A stretch of 64,000 nt of DNA from an uncultured Verrucomicrobiota bacterium. Its GTDB lineage: Bacteria; Verrucomicrobiota; Kiritimatiellia; JAAZAB01. The notes under the pieces were generated by a model, which made no database searches, had not been told where the DNA came from, and saw nothing but the letters and a program-made list of their open reading frames with translations. This document shows positions 61,038-64,000 of the stretch, in pieces (the stretch's first letter is position 1; each line of letters opens with the position of its first letter). The translations under genes were made by a program, and so were the position numbers. Location of the stretch: NCBI GenBank assembly GCA_964475405.1, contig CAYYWX010000001.1, positions 6,333 to 70,332 on the forward strand, in the 5' to 3' direction.

Positions 61038-62753
61038 ATGGATCATGACTCATTCAGCGGGCAAATCGGCGCCATCCTGACGCGCCGGAAACTGATTGAC
61101 CAGGATCGGCTGCAGGAGATCTTTGATTCCTCCAAGGCGGACGGCAAAAGACTGGAAGAGTACCTGGTCGAGAAAAAACTGATATCGGAGACCGACCTGA
61201 CGCTTGTCATCGCGGAATACCTGGGCATGGCGCCGATCAGCCTGGCGCATTTTACCCCTGACGCGCATTTGCTCGAACTGATCCCGCCGGAAAAAATGAG
61301 AAACACCGTGGCTCTTCCCGTGGCCCGCATCGGTAAAACCCTGACGGTCGCTTTCGGCGATCCCTTTAACACGGCCAATATCGACGCGATCCAGACCATG
61401 ACCGGCTTGAAAATTGAACCCTTGGCCGCCGCCGAGCGCGAGGTCAAGGAAATCCTGCAGAAGTTCCTGGAGCAGTTTTCCCCCGATTTGGGAGACATGT
61501 TCAAAACCATGGAGGAAAGCGACGAGATCGAGGTCGGCCATGACAAGAAGGAGGAAGTAAGCCTGGACGAGATGCTGGAGAGCGCCGAGGGCGCGCCGGT
61601 CATCCGGATCGTGAATTCCATTCTGGTTGAGGCCTTGCGCCGCCGCGCCAGCGATATTCATATCGAGCCGCTCGAAAAGACCCTGCGCCTGCGTTACCGG
61701 GTGGACGGCGATTTATACGAAGTGCCCAGCCCGCCGAAAAACCTGCAATCGGCCATCATCTCCCGCATAAAAATAATGTCGGACATGAACATCGCCGAAA
61801 GGCGGATCCCGCAGGACGGCCGCTTCAAAGTGCGCGCGCTGAACAAGGAGGTGGACGTGCGTGTCAACCTGCTGCCGATTGTTCACGGCGAAAAAATCGT
61901 CATGCGTATCCTTGATAAATCCAGCCTGGCCCCCAATCTCGCCGCGCTGGGGCTTGATAAAAAGGCTTACGAATCGCTGCTTTACGCCATCGGCCAGCCG
62001 CACGGCATCATCCTCGTCACCGGTCCGACCGGAAGCGGCAAGACAACCACCCTTTATTCCTGCCTGCAGGATTTGAACAAGGTTGACGTCAACATCGTCA
62101 CCACCGAGGACCCGGTCGAGTATCAGCTGGTGGGCATCAACCAGGTCCAGATCAACGAGGAAGTCGGGTTGACATTTGCCGGCGCCCTGCGCGCCATCCT
62201 CCGCCAGGACCCGGATATCGTCATGATCGGGGAAATCCGCGACCAGGAAACGGCCTCGATCGCCGTCAAGGCCGCCCTGACCGGCCACTTGGTCCTGAGC
62301 ACCCTGCACACCAATGACGCCGCCGGCGCGATAACCCGCATGCGCGACATGGGGCTGGAAGCGTTCCTGCTTTCATCATCGATCATCATGGCCCAGGCCC
62401 AGCGGCTTTATAAAAAACTATGCCCGGCCTGTAAAAAACCGGGCAAGATCCCGGAGGAATACCTGCGCATAAATAATATTGACCCCAAGATTTTCGGCGA
62501 CGCCCCTCTTTACCAGCCGGTCGGATGCCCGAAATGCTTGAAGACCGGTTTCAAGGGACGCGGATCGCTGATGGAAATCCTGATGGTTGACGACAATATC
62601 CGCCAATTGATCCTGCAGAACGTCAACTCCAAGGCCATGGCGGACAAGGCCATTGAAAAGGGCATGATGACCTTGCGCATGGTCGGCCTTGAAAAAATCA
62701 AGGAAGGCATTTCGAGCCTGGAGGAAGTCCTGAGCGTGACCGGAGGAGAATAA
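61038..62753 (+). CDS. Type II secretion/type IV pilus assembly ATPase GspE/PilB
   Basis: Two N-terminal GspE_N domains, Walker A GPTGSGKTT, Asp box, Walker B IVMIGEIRD, His box STLHTND, and the tetracysteine motif CPAC...CPKC. Confidence 0.9.
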   Translation: MDHDSFSGQIGAILTRRKLIDQDRLQEIFDSSKADGKRLEEYLVEKKLISETDLTLVIAEYLGMAPISLAHFTPDAHLLELIPPEKMRNTVALPVARIGKTLTVAFGDPFNTANIDAIQTMTGLKIEPLAAAEREVKEILQKFLEQFSPDLGDMFKTMEESDEIEVGHDKKEEVSLDEMLESAEGAPVIRIVNSILVEALRRRASDIHIEPLEKTLRLRYRVDGDLYEVPSPPKNLQSAIISRIKIMSDMNIAERRIPQDGRFKVRALNKEVDVRVNLLPIVHGEKIVMRILDKSSLAPNLAALGLDKKAYESLLYAIGQPHGIILVTGPTGSGKTTTLYSCLQDLNKVDVNIVTTEDPVEYQLVGINQVQINEEVGLTFAGALRAILRQDPDIVMIGEIRDQETASIAVKAALTGHLVLSTLHTNDAAGAITRMRDMGLEAFLLSSSIIMAQAQRLYKKLCPACKKPGKIPEEYLRINNIDPKIFGDAPLYQPVGCPKCLKTGFKGRGSLMEILMVDDNIRQLILQNVNSKAMADKAIEKGMMTLRMVGLEKIKEGISSLEEVLSVTGGE

Positions 62754-62825
62754 ATCTTGTGGAATTTGCTTTTATTCCGGATAGGGATAACCGATCATTA
62801 TCGTTTAGCTTAATGGAACAAAATC

Positions 62826-64000
62826 ATGGCTGTATTTAAATCAACCGCCCAGCCGCAGTCCCAAGCCGCGCCGGCCCGCCCGGCCGCGCCGCGTCCGCCG
62901 GACAAGAAGCCGCCTTCTTTCAAACCCGAGGCCGAGAAGCCGGCCCGGGAACAAAAGGCCGTCTCTTCCGACCGGGTAGTCGGCGCGAAAAAAATCAAGC
63001 AGAAGGAATTGCCGGCTTTCTCGCGCCAGCTTTCGGCCATGTTGCTGGCCGGCATGCCGCTCATCCAGACGCTGGACGCCCTGCAGGACCAGACCAGCGA
63101 CAAAAACTTCCAGGCGGTCATCCTCGGGCTGAAAAATTACCTGCAGGCGGGGGCTTCTTTTTCAGAGTCGCTGCAGCATTACCAGGTTATCTTTGATCCG
63201 CTTTACATCAACATGATCAGGGCGGGGGAAACCGGCGGCCAGCTGGGGGAAACCGCGGGGCGACTGGCCACTTTCCTGGAAAGCTCCGCGCGCCTGAACC
63301 GCAAGGTCAAATCGGCCATGAGCTACCCGGTCGCCGTTCTTTGCATCGCGATCTCCATCGCGATCGCCATGATTCTTTTCATCGTGCCGGTCTTTTCCAG
63401 CATGTTTGCCGATTTCGGCGCCAAGCTGCCGGGGCCCACCCAGTTCCTGGTTGACCTGAGCGGCATCCTCAGGCGCTACGGCATCTTCGTGCTGGCCCTG
63501 CTGGTCATCGCCTTTGTCATGTTCAATAAATGGAAAAAGACCCCGGCCGGCGCCTATCAATTCGCATCGGCCCTGCTTAAATTCCCGGTGATCGGCGAAC
63601 TTAACCGGAAAGTGGCGACCAGCCGGTTCGCCCGCACTTTTGCCCAGCTGTTGAAAAGCGGCGTGCCGATCCTGCAGGCAATGGAGATTGTCTCGCGCGC
63701 CACGGGCAACAAGGTATTTGAAATGGTGATCATGCACGCGCGCGGCACGGTGGAACAGGGCGAACCGCTCTCCACCGCCCTCGTCAGGCAACCGTGCTTC
63801 CCGAAACTGCTGGTGCACATGATGGCCGCCGGGGAAAAGACCGGCAAAATCGACGAGATGATGCAGAATATCGCCGATTTTTATGACGAGGAAGTGGAAG
63901 CCATGCTGGACGGCCTGACGGCGCTGATGGAGCCGCTCCTCATGATTTTCCTGGGCGTCATCATCGGCGGCATCGTGGTCTCAATGTTCCTGCCCATATT
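62826..64000 (+). CDS. Type II secretion system F / type IV pilus PilC-family inner-membrane platform protein; 3' end outside the window
   Basis: Manual translation, since the ORF is absent from the track because it runs off the window. Two GspF repeats with TM segments and the conserved LLKSGVPILQAMEIV and GEKTGKIDEMM motifs. The start coordinate is approximate to about 1 nt. Confidence 0.8.
   Translation, partial: MAVFKSTAQPQSQAAPARPAAPRPPDKKPPSFKPEAEKPAREQKAVSSDRVVGAKKIKQKELPAFSRQLSAMLLAGMPLIQTLDALQDQTSDKNFQAVILGLKNYLQAGASFSESLQHYQVIFDPLYINMIRAGETGGQLGETAGRLATFLESSARLNRKVKSAMSYPVAVLCIAISIAIAMILFIVPVFSSMFADFGAKLPGPTQFLVDLSGILRRYGIFVLALLVIAFVMFNKWKKTPAGAYQFASALLKFPVIGELNRKVATSRFARTFAQLLKSGVPILQAMEIVSRATGNKVFEMVIMHARGTVEQGEPLSTALVRQPCFPKLLVHMMAAGEKTGKIDEMMQNIADFYDEEVEAMLDGLTALMEPLLMIFLGVIIGGIVVSMFLPI

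Noticed and set aside
1-64000. CRISPR arrays, tRNA and rRNA genes
   Set aside because: No regularly spaced direct repeats with unique spacers were found; the repeat clusters found are inverted-repeat hairpin arrays or two-copy direct repeats. No cloverleaf-compatible segments with T-loop consensus or rRNA-like conserved blocks were seen. Absence is by eye only, without tRNAscan/Infernal.

Overview
High-GC (roughly 60-65% by eye) chromosomal window from a Gram-negative (diderm) bacterium. The MGAYE-terminated parallel beta-helix protein, the many PQQ-like beta-propeller paralogs and the GH-rich content are compatible with a Verrucomicrobiota/Kiritimatiellota/Planctomycetota-like glycan degrader, but the phylum cannot be proven from sequence alone. 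Several visibly AT-richer islands are inserted. The window runs as follows. (i) 1-8.3 kb: conserved envelope core, partial bamA, skp, lpxD, a large TPR protein, then an exbB-exbD-tonB-like block. (ii) 8.2-14.5 kb: a mosaic accessory island with a low-GC HEAT-repeat gene, a small ORF, a high-GC two-gene operon (an 838-aa polytopic membrane/coiled-coil protein plus a proline-rich lipoprotein), and an overlapped pair of a small basic protein and a nucleotidyltransferase-fold protein. (iii) 14.5-36.6 kb: the most unusual part, a long largely co-directional locus holding five paralogs of a secreted PQQ-like beta-propeller protein. All five share an N-terminal motif (GSPDFRPSPEQPVGWRGDGTGK.P), conserved even at the nucleotide level in four of them, and three carry an inserted beta-sandwich module. 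They are interleaved and in places translationally coupled with glycoside hydrolases (GH20-like, GH42-like), an outer-membrane beta-barrel, a parallel beta-helix protein and an AraC regulator. (iv) 36.6-54.5 kb: a glycan/glycolipid catabolism neighbourhood (TauE/SafE exporter, GH127-like, GH99/WbsX-like, BNR sialidase-like, neutral-ceramidase-like, six-hairpin GH-like, L-fucose-isomerase-like). It is punctuated by three type II toxin-antitoxin pairs (DinJ-YafQ, RHH-PIN, Phd-VapC), an SMR efflux gene, an O-antigen-ligase-like gene, a polyprenyl diphosphate synthase, and several families of structured hairpin/direct repeats. (v) 54.5-64 kb: argH, an ABC-2 transporter, then a type II secretion/type IV pilus-like cluster (ExeA-like ATPase, GspB-like protein, a GspE N-domain-only protein, GspE/PilB ATPase, partial GspF/PilC). 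No rRNA, tRNA or CRISPR array was recognised. Many ORFs in the six-frame track are antisense shadows of real genes, as expected at this GC content, and were not called.
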